Source: Roseibacillus sp. (GTDB lineage: Bacteria > Verrucomicrobiota > Verrucomicrobiia > Verrucomicrobiales > Akkermansiaceae). Taken from it: a stretch of DNA of 64,000 bases. Within the stretch, counting starts at the first letter, position 1; every line of letters begins with the position of its first letter. The notes under the pieces are model-generated. The model ran no database searches. It was given only the letters and a program-made list of their open reading frames with translations, and had not been told where the DNA came from. This document shows, piece by piece, positions 52,631 to 61,924 of this stretch. Where the stretch lies: assembly GCA_051251855.1 (NCBI GenBank), contig JBPOGI010000002.1, positions 512,001 through 576,000 of the forward strand. Direction: 5' to 3'. A program made the position numbers and the translations under genes.

Positions 52631-53998
52631 CTAGTCCTTGGGGTCGCCGAGATTGAAGGTTTCTTCGACGAAGTCGATTTCGGTGACGGGCTTGGAAGAT
52701 TTCTTGGGCTCGGGTTTCCTCGGCTTGGTTTTGGGAGGTTCTTCGGCGGGTGCCTCTTCTGAAGAGGCGGCTGGGGCTTCTTCCGTTGGGGTGTCTGAGG
52801 GAGCTTCGGGAGTGGCTTCGTCGCTTGAGAGATCGGTGACTTCTTCGGCGGGCTTTTCGGGGCGCTCGTGAAGATATGGCTTTTTGAGGGAGGGGTCGGC
52901 TTCGACTTGCTCCATGGTGGGGTAGTCGGTGTAGCCCTTTTCGTCGCCGCCGTAGAAGGAGGCACGGTCGTAGTCGGTGAGGGGGGCGTCAGTCTCGAGG
53001 CGCTTGACGAGGTCGGGGTTGGAGATGGCGAGGCGGCCGAAGGCGATGAGGTCGGCTTGGGCGTGATTGAGGAGAACGCTGGCGCTTTCCTTGAGGTGGC
53101 CACCGGAGGAGATGAGGGTGCCCTTGAAAATGGGACGCCAGTCTTTAGAGGAGAGGGGGAGGCCGTAGGTGCTGATGTCGTAGTCGCCGAACATGCGGGG
53201 CTCGACGAGGTGGAGGTAGGCGAGCTCGTGGTCGTTGAGTTTGTCGATGACGTATTTGTAGAGGGGCTCGGCGTTGGTGGGGTCGATGTCGTTGAAGGTT
53301 CCGGGAGGGGAGAGGCGGAGGCCGATGCGTTCGGGCCATTCGGTAGAGACGGCGTCGAGGACTTCGAAGAGGAAACGGGCGCGGTTCTCGATTGAGCCGC
53401 CGTATTCGTCTTTGCGCTTGTTGCTGTTTTCGGCGAGGAATTGATTGATGAGGTAGCCGTTTGCTCCGTGGATTTCGACGCCGTCGAATCCGGCTTCGCG
53501 CGCGGCTTTGGTGGCCTTGCGGTAGTCTTCGATGGTGAAGTCGATGTCGTCAGGGGTGAGTTGGCGGGGTTTGACGATTTTGTCGACGGGGCTCCAGTCG
53601 GGCTTCCAGATTTCGACTTCGCGGGCGCCGATGGGTGAGGGGGCGGGGGGGAATTTGCCGTTGGGCTGGTAGGCAGGGTGGGAAATGCGGCCGCAGTGCC
53701 AGAGTTGGCAGAAAATGAGTCCGCCAGCTTCGTGGACGGCGGCGGTGACCTTCTTCCAGCCTTCGATTTGCTCAGGGGTGTGGATGCCGGGGGTGGCGGG
53801 ATAGCCGTGGCCGGCGGCGTTGACGGGGGTGGCCTCGGTGATAATGAGGCCCATGGAGGCGCGCTGGCGGTAGTATTCCACCATGAGGTCGGTGGGGACG
53901 TTGCCTTCGGCGGCGCGGTCACGGGTGAGGGGGGCCATCACGACGCGGTTAGGCAGGGTGAGACCGGGAGCGAGTTCAAAAGGTTCGAAAAGTTTCAT
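52631..53998 (-). CDS. Alkene reductase (Old Yellow Enzyme, NemA-like) with acidic C-terminal tail
   Basis: NRVVMAPLTR, YYRQRAS, QLWHCGR, GFDGVEIHGANGYLINQF, DEYGGSIENRARF, FYGG..KGYTDYP. Confidence 0.93.
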   Translation of the reverse strand: MKLFEPFELAPGLTLPNRVVMAPLTRDRAAEGNVPTDLMVEYYRQRASMGLIITEATPVNAAGHGYPATPGIHTPEQIEGWKKVTAAVHEAGGLIFCQLWHCGRISHPAYQPNGKFPPAPSPIGAREVEIWKPDWSPVDKIVKPRQLTPDDIDFTIEDYRKATKAAREAGFDGVEIHGANGYLINQFLAENSNKRKDEYGGSIENRARFLFEVLDAVSTEWPERIGLRLSPPGTFNDIDPTNAEPLYKYVIDKLNDHELAYLHLVEPRMFGDYDISTYGLPLSSKDWRPIFKGTLISSGGHLKESASVLLNHAQADLIAFGRLAISNPDLVKRLETDAPLTDYDRASFYGGDEKGYTDYPTMEQVEADPSLKKPYLHERPEKPAEEVTDLSSDEATPEAPSDTPTEEAPAASSEEAPAEEPPKTKPRKPEPKKSSKPVTEIDFVEETFNLGDPKD

Positions 53999-54054
53999 TT
54001 CTGGGCGAACGGTGCACTCTCTTTGCGAGTTTAGAAAGAGTGAATCTTGGCGTT

Positions 54055-55371
54055 TTACGGGGAAGATTCGCCTCGAGGTGGAACGGGTCTGCCCGTGGCG
54101 TCGATTGGAGTGATGCGGGTGATGAGGTATTGGTGTTGGCCGTCGGGAGTTGTTTGGTGTTTTACGAGGGCGTGGGCACTGGGGGCGATGTCGTTGAAGT
54201 CGAACTGGGATTGGCCAAATATGGAGTCTAGGGGGTGGTGGGAAACGGTGCCGGGACGGGTCTCGAGCTTGATTTGGGGGCGATATCCAAAGCCGTAGGC
54301 ATCGATTTGGGAGATGATTTGGAGGCCGGTCCAAGTCTTCTCTGATTCTCCATCGGTGTTGAGACTGTGGAATTCGCTGATAATTTCCAAGGTGGCGGTT
54401 TCGCCTACGCGAGCGAGGACTGAGGGGGTGACTTCAAGCGAGGTTCCAGCACCGGAATCGATAGAGTCCAGTTCTTGGTCAATTTGGTCGGGGAGATAGT
54501 AGCCCGATGAGAGTCCAAGATCGCGGTCGGAACTGATGAGGGTTGATTCTTGGCGGTGTTGAATAGGGGGGCGTCGAAGTGATTCAATAAGAGCGTCGAG
54601 GCGCAGGTGGCCCTGAGGATTTTGGACGGAGATAATGGTTCTTCGGTCAGCAGATTTGCTCGTTTCGGCTCCGCTGGGGACCATTCCTAGTTGAGCAAGG
54701 AGCTCTGCAGTGGATCTTTTCTTGCTCGGAAGTCGGGGTGCGTTCTGAATATCGTTAGTGCGTAGCAGCTGATTGAGGTTGTGACTAAAATCGGGAGGGA
54801 TGGTCCAAGCGCGAGTGAACTGATTACTTGAATCGACCGGGGGGAGGTCAGAGTTTTTCAGAAAGGAGAGTTCGGTGTTCGTGAGGTCGAACGTTGTTTC
54901 GTAGGCTGCGGAGATGGTGAAGAGCGCGGAGAGGAAAGAGCGATTGAGAAGGTGGAAGTCGTGCTGGGTATCAAGGTCGCTGGGGAGGGTGATATTGAGG
55001 TTAAGTGGCTCTTCGTTAGTATGGGCGCAGATGTCGGCGTAGGCTTGGAGGAGGGCTGCGACGGCTTCGGAAAGGGTGACGTTGCTGAGTTCGAGTTTGG
55101 GGATGTGGAAGTTCTTGAGCTCTTTGCAAGTGTGGTCGCGTCGGTCGGGGAAGTTGGGGGAAGGCTCAATGGTTGAGCTAGGGATGCTTAAGACGTTGTT
55201 CGACTTGGAGTTGGCTCGGGAACTGGATTGAGCGAGAAGGTTTTGAGATTTGGAGGGTGGGCGATTGTTTTGGCTGAGGGAGGTGTTTTTGCTCGAATGG
55301 TTGTTCCGTTTGATAAGAAAGGCTGCGAGCGCGAACAATAGAATCGCAGGAATGAGCCATCGTTTTCGCAT
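54055..55371 (-). CDS. Hypothetical exported protein with secretin-like segments
   Basis: N-terminal TM/signal; IPKLELSNVTLSEAVAAL (STN/N0-like); VTPSVLARVGETATLEII...TGLQI (secretin-like strands). Confidence 0.65.
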   Translation of the reverse strand: MRKRWLIPAILLFALAAFLIKRNNHSSKNTSLSQNNRPPSKSQNLLAQSSSRANSKSNNVLSIPSSTIEPSPNFPDRRDHTCKELKNFHIPKLELSNVTLSEAVAALLQAYADICAHTNEEPLNLNITLPSDLDTQHDFHLLNRSFLSALFTISAAYETTFDLTNTELSFLKNSDLPPVDSSNQFTRAWTIPPDFSHNLNQLLRTNDIQNAPRLPSKKRSTAELLAQLGMVPSGAETSKSADRRTIISVQNPQGHLRLDALIESLRRPPIQHRQESTLISSDRDLGLSSGYYLPDQIDQELDSIDSGAGTSLEVTPSVLARVGETATLEIISEFHSLNTDGESEKTWTGLQIISQIDAYGFGYRPQIKLETRPGTVSHHPLDSIFGQSQFDFNDIAPSAHALVKHQTTPDGQHQYLITRITPIDATGRPVPPRGESSP

Positions 55372-55458
55372 TTCTCTAGTTTGTGGAAAATACGGTGGGT
55401 GTCGAGCTGAGGGTTTAGGGTGTGCCGTCTAGCGTTGTTTCCATCCTCGAAAATAAAA

Positions 55459-55521
55459 GGAGCAGGGCGATTCTTGTCTCTGAATCGGTTCAGTGGTCAA
55501 GGACAGGAATGTCCTTGCTCC
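55459..55521. repeat. Inverted pair of GGAG-type REP-like palindromes
   Basis: GGAGCAGGGCGATTCTTGTCTC and inverted GGACAGGAATGTCCTTGCTCC. Confidence 0.6.
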
Positions 55522-55547
55522 GTAAATTTGGCGACTTGGTCGGCCTC

Positions 55548-57908
55548 TTACTTTTTCGCGGTCTCTTTGGCCAAAGAGGGGGTGATGACGAGGGTGGTTC
55601 CGCTGGCAATTTGATGAGGAACCGGGTGCCCGTTTTTCATGATGAGGACTTGGGCGAAGATGTTTTTGTTTTTGCCGTGTTTGACGTCGGCGGGGACTTT
55701 GAGAGGGATTTTGACCGACTTGTCGCTGGCCTTAATTGAGATGGGCTGAGCGGTGACCTTGTGAGGAAGACCGCTGAGGGTGAGTTGGGCTTGGCCGTCG
55801 AAAGGTTGCAGGTTTTCGAGTTCGCAGACGAGGGTGACGTCTTGGCCGACTTCGGTGGTGGCGAGGTCGATGCTGCCGTTGAGGAAGGGTTCGGCGACGG
55901 TGAGGGTAACGAAGGGGCTGGAGACGCGCACGTTGCCCATTTTGGTTTTGGCTTCGCCGGTGACGAGGAGCGACCAGTTGCGGGTGGGGGCTTCGCTGTT
56001 GGCGTTGATGGGAATGGTGACTTCGTTTTTGTCGGCGGGGATGGTGACTTCGGGTGGAGCTCCGACTCCGGGAGGACGCCAAGGCAGTTTGACTTTGATG
56101 GCTTCCTTGTAGTCTTTGGCTCGTTTGGCGCGGACGATGAGGGACATGGTGCCGTTGCGCACGAGGGGGACTTTGGGAGCGACGATTTCGAGGTGGAAGG
56201 GGGCTTCTTCGATGACGGCGACGGCGAGGCGTTCGTTGTAGGTGGAGCAGAAGGGGCCAGCGTTGTTGATTTCGACGTGATGGATGTTTTCATGAAGGGG
56301 GCCGGTGAGGCCGCTCTTGGTGTCCTTGATGGTGAAGGTGGTGAGGGTAGAGCCGAGGGGGGCGTCTTTGGCGGCGGAGAAGAGGATGGGGAAGTTGGCG
56401 GGGCTGCGCGGGGCGGGCTCGGATTTGACGGTAACTCCGGTGGGGAGTTTGTCGTGTTGGAGGACGACGTCGTTGTTGGTGTTTTGGCGGGCAACGTTGG
56501 GGACTACTGCGAGGTGGTTGCCGCGTGGAATGACGATGGCGCGGTGCTTCTGACTGTCGTTGTTTTGAGCGTAGGGAAGCTCGGCGCTGAGGCTGGGGGA
56601 GCGGGGAGTGATCTCGACGACGTAGGTGTAGTCGGGACCTCCGCGGTTGAGGTGATCGCGGACGAGGAGAAAGTAGTCGCCGTCGTCAGGAGCTTTGAAG
56701 TCGAACTTGGAGTCGGGGTTGTTGCCCTCGTCGTCGGCATTTCCGAGGTTCTTTTTGTCTTTGGCATTTCGAACGCCGATGGTGGGGTCGAGGGGGGAGC
56801 GCAAGGAGCGGGCGTGGACCTGGATGCGAATGTCTTGTCCTTTTTTTGCTGAGAAACGGAACCAGTCTTTGTCGTCTTCTTTTTCGAGGATGCCGTGACA
56901 AACGAGGGGAATGGGTGCGCCTTTTTGTTCGACGATTTCGAAGCGGTCGTTGGGTTCGCTTTCGGAAATGATGGGAAGGTCGGTGACGAGGATGGGGTTG
57001 GGGGAAGGGGCTTTGCGGCCGTTCACCTCGGCAAAGAGAGGGGTGGAACCGAGTTTGTTAGGAAGGGTGACGGTTTGTTTGTTTTCGCCTGCGGGGCCTT
57101 TGAAGGTGAGTTCGAGTTTTTGGCCAGGCTTGCCGACGGGAGGGTGCACGGAGGTGGGGCGGGGGGACTCGGAGAGTTGTAAGAGATAGTTGGCGGCGTC
57201 GGCTCCTTGGTAGGAGGATTCACGCACGAGGATGGTGTAGTCGCCGTCTTCGGGAAGAGTGAGTGAAAGGTAGGGGTCGCGCTTAGTGAGGACGGTGTCG
57301 TCACAGGTGGCGAGTTCGAAGCGATTAGAGTCGAGAATGGCGAGGTAGGGGTCGAACATGGTGCGGCCGAGTCGCATGCCGAAGACTTCGATAGTGACTT
57401 GTTGTCCTTTTTTTCCCTGGAAGCGGTAGTAGTCGGCGTCTTCCTTGCGGGCGATGCCGTGGACGACGGTGTTGAGTTTGATGGCTTGGGGGGTATCGAA
57501 GGTGTCGTTCGTCTCGTTGGTTTTCTTTCGTTTTTCGTCGAAGGTGCCGGCTTCTTTGACAGTGGGGAAGGGGTTGACCCAGAAGGTGCGGAGATAAGTG
57601 ACACCTTGTTTGGTTCTGACGCGAAAGGGATGTTCCCCGAGGGGGGCGTCGGCGGCGATGTGGAAGATTCCTTCGATGCGTTTGTTATTTACGAACTTGA
57701 GGTCGGAGACGGTGATGCCGGGACGATAGAAGATGATTTCTTCAGGGTCGTTGAGACGGTCGCCATGGATGGTGGCTTTGACCTCGGTGCCAAGTTGTCC
57801 CCCTCGCGGAAAGACGGTGTGGGCGATGGGGTCGAAGGCGAAGAGAGTGGGGAGGCTGGCAAGGAGGAGAGCTAGCTGGAAAAGGACTGCGTTGGAGAAG
57901 TTTTTCAT
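55548..57908 (-). CDS. PPC (pre-peptidase C-terminal) repeat protein of PVC type
   Basis: PRGGQLGTEV, DADYYRFQGKKGQ, FDPYLAIL, ESEPND, DKDWFRFSAKKGQ, LRSPLDP, GGPDYTY. Confidence 0.85.
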   Translation of the reverse strand: MKNFSNAVLFQLALLLASLPTLFAFDPIAHTVFPRGGQLGTEVKATIHGDRLNDPEEIIFYRPGITVSDLKFVNNKRIEGIFHIAADAPLGEHPFRVRTKQGVTYLRTFWVNPFPTVKEAGTFDEKRKKTNETNDTFDTPQAIKLNTVVHGIARKEDADYYRFQGKKGQQVTIEVFGMRLGRTMFDPYLAILDSNRFELATCDDTVLTKRDPYLSLTLPEDGDYTILVRESSYQGADAANYLLQLSESPRPTSVHPPVGKPGQKLELTFKGPAGENKQTVTLPNKLGSTPLFAEVNGRKAPSPNPILVTDLPIISESEPNDRFEIVEQKGAPIPLVCHGILEKEDDKDWFRFSAKKGQDIRIQVHARSLRSPLDPTIGVRNAKDKKNLGNADDEGNNPDSKFDFKAPDDGDYFLLVRDHLNRGGPDYTYVVEITPRSPSLSAELPYAQNNDSQKHRAIVIPRGNHLAVVPNVARQNTNNDVVLQHDKLPTGVTVKSEPAPRSPANFPILFSAAKDAPLGSTLTTFTIKDTKSGLTGPLHENIHHVEINNAGPFCSTYNERLAVAVIEEAPFHLEIVAPKVPLVRNGTMSLIVRAKRAKDYKEAIKVKLPWRPPGVGAPPEVTIPADKNEVTIPINANSEAPTRNWSLLVTGEAKTKMGNVRVSSPFVTLTVAEPFLNGSIDLATTEVGQDVTLVCELENLQPFDGQAQLTLSGLPHKVTAQPISIKASDKSVKIPLKVPADVKHGKNKNIFAQVLIMKNGHPVPHQIASGTTLVITPSLAKETAKK

Positions 57909-57917
57909 GGATCGATT

Positions 57918-57975
57918 ATGAAGTGCTAGGCTTAAGCGTAGCTTGGTTAACTCAGGCTAAAACCTGAGGCTTCAT
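57918..57975. repeat. Degenerate inverted REP-like pair
   Basis: ATGAAGTGCTAGGCTTAAGC... and CTCAGGCTAAAACCTGAGGCTTCAT. Confidence 0.45.
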
Positions 57976-57984
57976 GTTTGGGTG

Positions 57985-59319
57985 CTAGGCTTTGTTCTCG
58001 AGGATGCCATCGATGACTTGGCCTCCGTCGACAATCTCGATGGGGCGGTCGCCTGGGGCCATGAGTTCTTTGTCGGCGGTGATGCCGAGCTGGTGGTAGA
58101 CGGTGGTCATGAGGTCGGCGGTATTGACCGGGTTTTCTTCGGGTTCGCCAGCGAGGGAGTCGGAGGCACCGTAGATCATGCCTTTTTTGACCCCGCCACC
58201 CGCAAGCATTACGGAGAAGACGCGGGGCCAGTGATCGCGGCCGCCGTCTTTGTTAATTTTAGGGGTGCGGCCGAATTCGGTGGTGAGCATGACGAGGGTG
58301 TTGTCGAGCATGCCGCGGTTGCCAAGGTCGCTGAGAAGGGCGGCGACGGAGTGGTCGACATCGGGCATGGTCTTGCCGAAGCCGTCTTTGATGTTTTGGT
58401 GGTGGTCCCAGCCTCCGGCAGTAAGAGAGACGAAACGGACTCCGGATTCGACGAGGCGGCGGGCGAGGAGCATGCGTTGGCCGGGTTGGTGGCGACCGTA
58501 GAAGTCGCGCATCTTGTCGGTCTCTTGTTTGATGTCGAAGGCCTCGCGCGCTTTTTGGGAGGAGATGAGCTTGTAGGCGTGGTCGTAGAAGGCGTCTACG
58601 GAGGCGATGGCGTCGGAGTTTTCCAAGTCGCGGAAGTGGGCGTCGACGGTGTTGAGGAGGGAGCGGCGGCGGTCGAAGCGTTCTTTGCTGACGCCTTCGG
58701 GGAGGTTGAGGTCGCGTACTTTAAAGTTTTTGTTGGAAGGATCGGAGCCGATAGCGAAGGGGCCGTGTGCGGAAGAAAGATAGCCGGAATTGGCGAATTC
58801 GTTGGGCACTTGTGGGATGCAAACGTAGGGCGGGAGGCTTTCACGCGGGCCGAGTTCGTGAGAGATGACGGATCCGACTGAGGGATACTGTAGGGCGGGA
58901 GAGGGTCGGTAGCCGGTGAACATGTTGTGGGTGCCGCGCTCGTGGGCGGCTTCCCCGTGAGCCATGGAACGGATAACGGTGAATTGGTCCGCGATTTTGG
59001 CGAGTTTGGGGACTTTTTCGCCAAAGCGGACGCCGGGAAGGGCTGTTTCGATGGAGCCATAGGGGCCGCGATACTCGGAAGGGGCGTAGGGCTTAGGGTC
59101 GAAGGATTCCTGGTGCGCCATTCCGCCGGGGAGGAAAATGTTGATGACGGATTGGGCGACTGGCTTGTGGAGCTCGTAGTCCTTGAGGGCGGCTCCGGCT
59201 TGCTGGCGCAGGAAGGTGGGGAGGGTGAGTCCGAGGGAGCTGATGACGCCGACATGAAGAAACTCGCGGCGAGAGGAGGAGCGTGAGAGGGGGTTGCCGG
59301 GGCAGGGATGGTTTTTCAT
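57985..59319 (-). CDS. DUF1501 domain protein (Tat-like signal)
   Basis: SRREFLHVG; GGMAHQESFDPKP, ARRLVESGVRFV, WDHH, TEFGRTPKIN, GRDHW. Confidence 0.92.
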   Translation of the reverse strand: MKNHPCPGNPLSRSSSRREFLHVGVISSLGLTLPTFLRQQAGAALKDYELHKPVAQSVINIFLPGGMAHQESFDPKPYAPSEYRGPYGSIETALPGVRFGEKVPKLAKIADQFTVIRSMAHGEAAHERGTHNMFTGYRPSPALQYPSVGSVISHELGPRESLPPYVCIPQVPNEFANSGYLSSAHGPFAIGSDPSNKNFKVRDLNLPEGVSKERFDRRRSLLNTVDAHFRDLENSDAIASVDAFYDHAYKLISSQKAREAFDIKQETDKMRDFYGRHQPGQRMLLARRLVESGVRFVSLTAGGWDHHQNIKDGFGKTMPDVDHSVAALLSDLGNRGMLDNTLVMLTTEFGRTPKINKDGGRDHWPRVFSVMLAGGGVKKGMIYGASDSLAGEPEENPVNTADLMTTVYHQLGITADKELMAPGDRPIEIVDGGQVIDGILENKA

Positions 59320-59416
59320 GACAAGAGTTGGCGGAGATGAACAGGCGTGACATTGACGCCTGCGATGAATACGTCACAGTTGTAAGAGCCCTTTCATACG
59401 GGATTGACTGTCGAGA

Positions 59417-61846
59417 ATGAAGCCTACTTTACCTGGTTATCAGATTGGAGAATTGATTGGGGAAGGAGTCTGTGGACGTGTTTGGGCTGCAGAAGACCCG
59501 GTGGGTAATGCGGTGGCAGTGAGGGCTCTCAATGCACTTTCAGTGAATTTGGACCTCGTTCGCGAGGTGGGGCGTCGGCTTCATGGGGTGACCATTGAGG
59601 GGCATGGGCCGATTCCGATTTGGTTGCAAGCGCTTGACCTGAAGCCTGCGATGGAGGTTTCTCCGCTCATTGCGGATGTGGTGGAGGACAAAATCGTGCC
59701 GCGTAATTTACAAGCACGGTTAGCGGATTATCTGGCCACTCCGGAGGCGGAGTCGGTGGTCAAATGTTTAGCCAAGGCCTTGGCGACTCTTCATCGTCAT
59801 CAGGTTGTTCATGGAAACCTGAAGCCCGCCAATGTTTTTGTTAGCGAAGAGGGACGTGTTCTGGTGGGTGACTATGGCCTAGGTTGGATGCCAGGAATCG
59901 ATGTCATGGGCTTCAGTGATGCGCTGCTTTATATGTCCCCTGAGCAGTTGGAGGATCCAAAGGGGCTTTACAGCGAGGCGGGCTATCGTTGGGATGTCTT
60001 TGCTTTCGGGGTGTTGGCATATCGGCTTCTGGAGGGGAAGTTTCCGCGTTGTCAGGAGAGTTTTGAAGATGTCGCTCCCGCTGCGGGGGTGCTGCATAAG
60101 GAGGGGATTGAGGCGGATTTTAGTGGAGTGGCTGCTGAGCTGCGAAAGGATGAGATGCAGCCTTGGGAGGGAGAGCATGATGAGGCTCTCAAGCGTATTA
60201 TTGAGCGCTGTTTGAGTATTGAACCGAGTGAGCGCTTCCGTGATATGGTGGAGCTTTGTGAGGTGTGGGAGCGAGAGACGCTTTCTGCGCGGCATGCAGC
60301 GGAGATGAAGGTGGTGGCAAGTAAGCTGCGAAAAGGGCGTCATTGGAAGCGAGGCCTCGGATGGGGGTTGGCGGCGAGTTTGATTTTAGGTTCGGCATCT
60401 GGGATAGGATGGTTCGCGCGGGAGAAGATATTAGCGAACGAGAATGAGCGGGCTGTGATTGAGCAGAAATCAGCGGAGAAAGCAGAAAGCCTTGCGATTG
60501 CGGGTCGCGAAGAGGCGATTGAGTTACAGGTGTCTTTTGAGGAGAAGCTCGGTGAGGCCTTGGCTGATGTTAAGCAGTTGGGTGTCAGTCGACAGATGCT
60601 TTTCGAGTGGGCGCTGGCAGAAGGAGCGGATGAAATTCCGGTGCTCATTGGCCGGGAAGGACGTTTGGAGTTGCTCGATAGGCACTATCAGAAGTTGATT
60701 CGGGCAAAAAGCGCGAGCGGGGAGGAGTGGATTAAGCAGTGGCAAACGGAGCGAGCCTTGGTGGCCTTGAGTCGTGATGAGCCGGATGAAGCGCGGTCCT
60801 TAGTTGATGATGATTTGAGTCGATTGGGTGGGCTGGGGGTGACGCGCCTCTTGTTGAAGGAGTCGGCTGAAGGGAATGTTTCGCGGGAGGATTTGGCTTT
60901 GGCTCGGACTTTGGTGAAAAAGATTCAAGGTAGTCAGGAGCCTTGGTTGCAGTCCGCGTTGGATTTGGTGGAGGTGCGGAGTTTGGAGCGCAATGAACAG
61001 AGTGACCGCGCGCTGCGTTTGCTTTCGGAAATCGGGGAGAAAGTTGATGAGTTGCCTTCTTTGCTGCCAGGGACGACCTCACTCTGGCGCACTCGCTTGC
61101 AACGAGAAGCTGCCGAGGTTGCGGAGGGGGCCGGGCGAGAGACTTTGGCGATGGAGTTTCGGGCTGAGATTGTGAATGAGCTTCGCAATGAACTGGGTGC
61201 GGAAGGCTTGACGGAGCAGATTCGGCAGCAGCTGACTCAGCAGTTTGTGATCACCGCCGAAGGGTTGGCAGAACAGCAATTTTCTTTGGGGCTGGTGCCT
61301 GAGGCTCGCGAGTTGGCAGAAGAGGCACTCACCTTGATTCCTGAGAGTGCTGACCCAAGGATTCGGATGGCGCTAGCCGTTCATGAAGCCGTGATTGCTG
61401 GCTGCTTGCGCGGGAAAGGGCAGCGGGAGGAGTCTTTGAGTCGTTTGAAGAAAGGGTTGGCGCTGTTGGAAGAGTCTTTCGAGAGTGCTCGTGACGAGCG
61501 CTGGCGTAGGTATCGGGAGGGAGTTTTAAAATGGCAGTTATCGGGGATCTTGGGCCAATCTGATGAGAAGGAGCAAGAGTTGGAGGTCGGGCAGGAAGCT
61601 CTAGTGATGATGCGAAGTCTTTTGGAAGAAGGAGGGTTGCAGCCGAGTCCGATTCAGTTGCACCGGGCGGTGGGTTACCTTTCGGGTGATTTGGCGCAGG
61701 CTTATCAAGCGGCGGGGCAAAGGGAGGTCTATGACGAGTTGCTGGATGAGGCGATTGAGTCTTGGAAGTTTCTGAGTGCTGCTAACCCGGATGAGCCTGA
61801 ATATGTGGCTGGGCTGGCGTGGTGCGAGAAGTTGCGAAAGCAGTAG
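59417..61846 (+). CDS. Membrane Ser/Thr kinase-like protein (probable pseudokinase) with helical C-terminus
   Basis: IGEGVCGRV, VAVR, HGNLKPANV, DYGLG, YMSPEQ, DVFAFG; TM segment near aa 315-335. Confidence 0.85.
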   Translation: MKPTLPGYQIGELIGEGVCGRVWAAEDPVGNAVAVRALNALSVNLDLVREVGRRLHGVTIEGHGPIPIWLQALDLKPAMEVSPLIADVVEDKIVPRNLQARLADYLATPEAESVVKCLAKALATLHRHQVVHGNLKPANVFVSEEGRVLVGDYGLGWMPGIDVMGFSDALLYMSPEQLEDPKGLYSEAGYRWDVFAFGVLAYRLLEGKFPRCQESFEDVAPAAGVLHKEGIEADFSGVAAELRKDEMQPWEGEHDEALKRIIERCLSIEPSERFRDMVELCEVWERETLSARHAAEMKVVASKLRKGRHWKRGLGWGLAASLILGSASGIGWFAREKILANENERAVIEQKSAEKAESLAIAGREEAIELQVSFEEKLGEALADVKQLGVSRQMLFEWALAEGADEIPVLIGREGRLELLDRHYQKLIRAKSASGEEWIKQWQTERALVALSRDEPDEARSLVDDDLSRLGGLGVTRLLLKESAEGNVSREDLALARTLVKKIQGSQEPWLQSALDLVEVRSLERNEQSDRALRLLSEIGEKVDELPSLLPGTTSLWRTRLQREAAEVAEGAGRETLAMEFRAEIVNELRNELGAEGLTEQIRQQLTQQFVITAEGLAEQQFSLGLVPEARELAEEALTLIPESADPRIRMALAVHEAVIAGCLRGKGQREESLSRLKKGLALLEESFESARDERWRRYREGVLKWQLSGILGQSDEKEQELEVGQEALVMMRSLLEEGGLQPSPIQLHRAVGYLSGDLAQAYQAAGQREVYDELLDEAIESWKFLSAANPDEPEYVAGLAWCEKLRKQ

Positions 61847-61924
61847 CGTCTCAGTTCACTACTCTCAAAAAATTGAGGGCTTGGCTTGAACTTAGTGGAT
61901 CAAGGGGTTCAATGGGCATCTCCA

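Noticed and set aside
52480..53922. 480-aa Pro/Ser/Thr-rich alternative-frame ORF over the OYE gene, and similar ones elsewhere
   Set aside because: Frame-shifted shadow of C-rich codons; no start context or motif.
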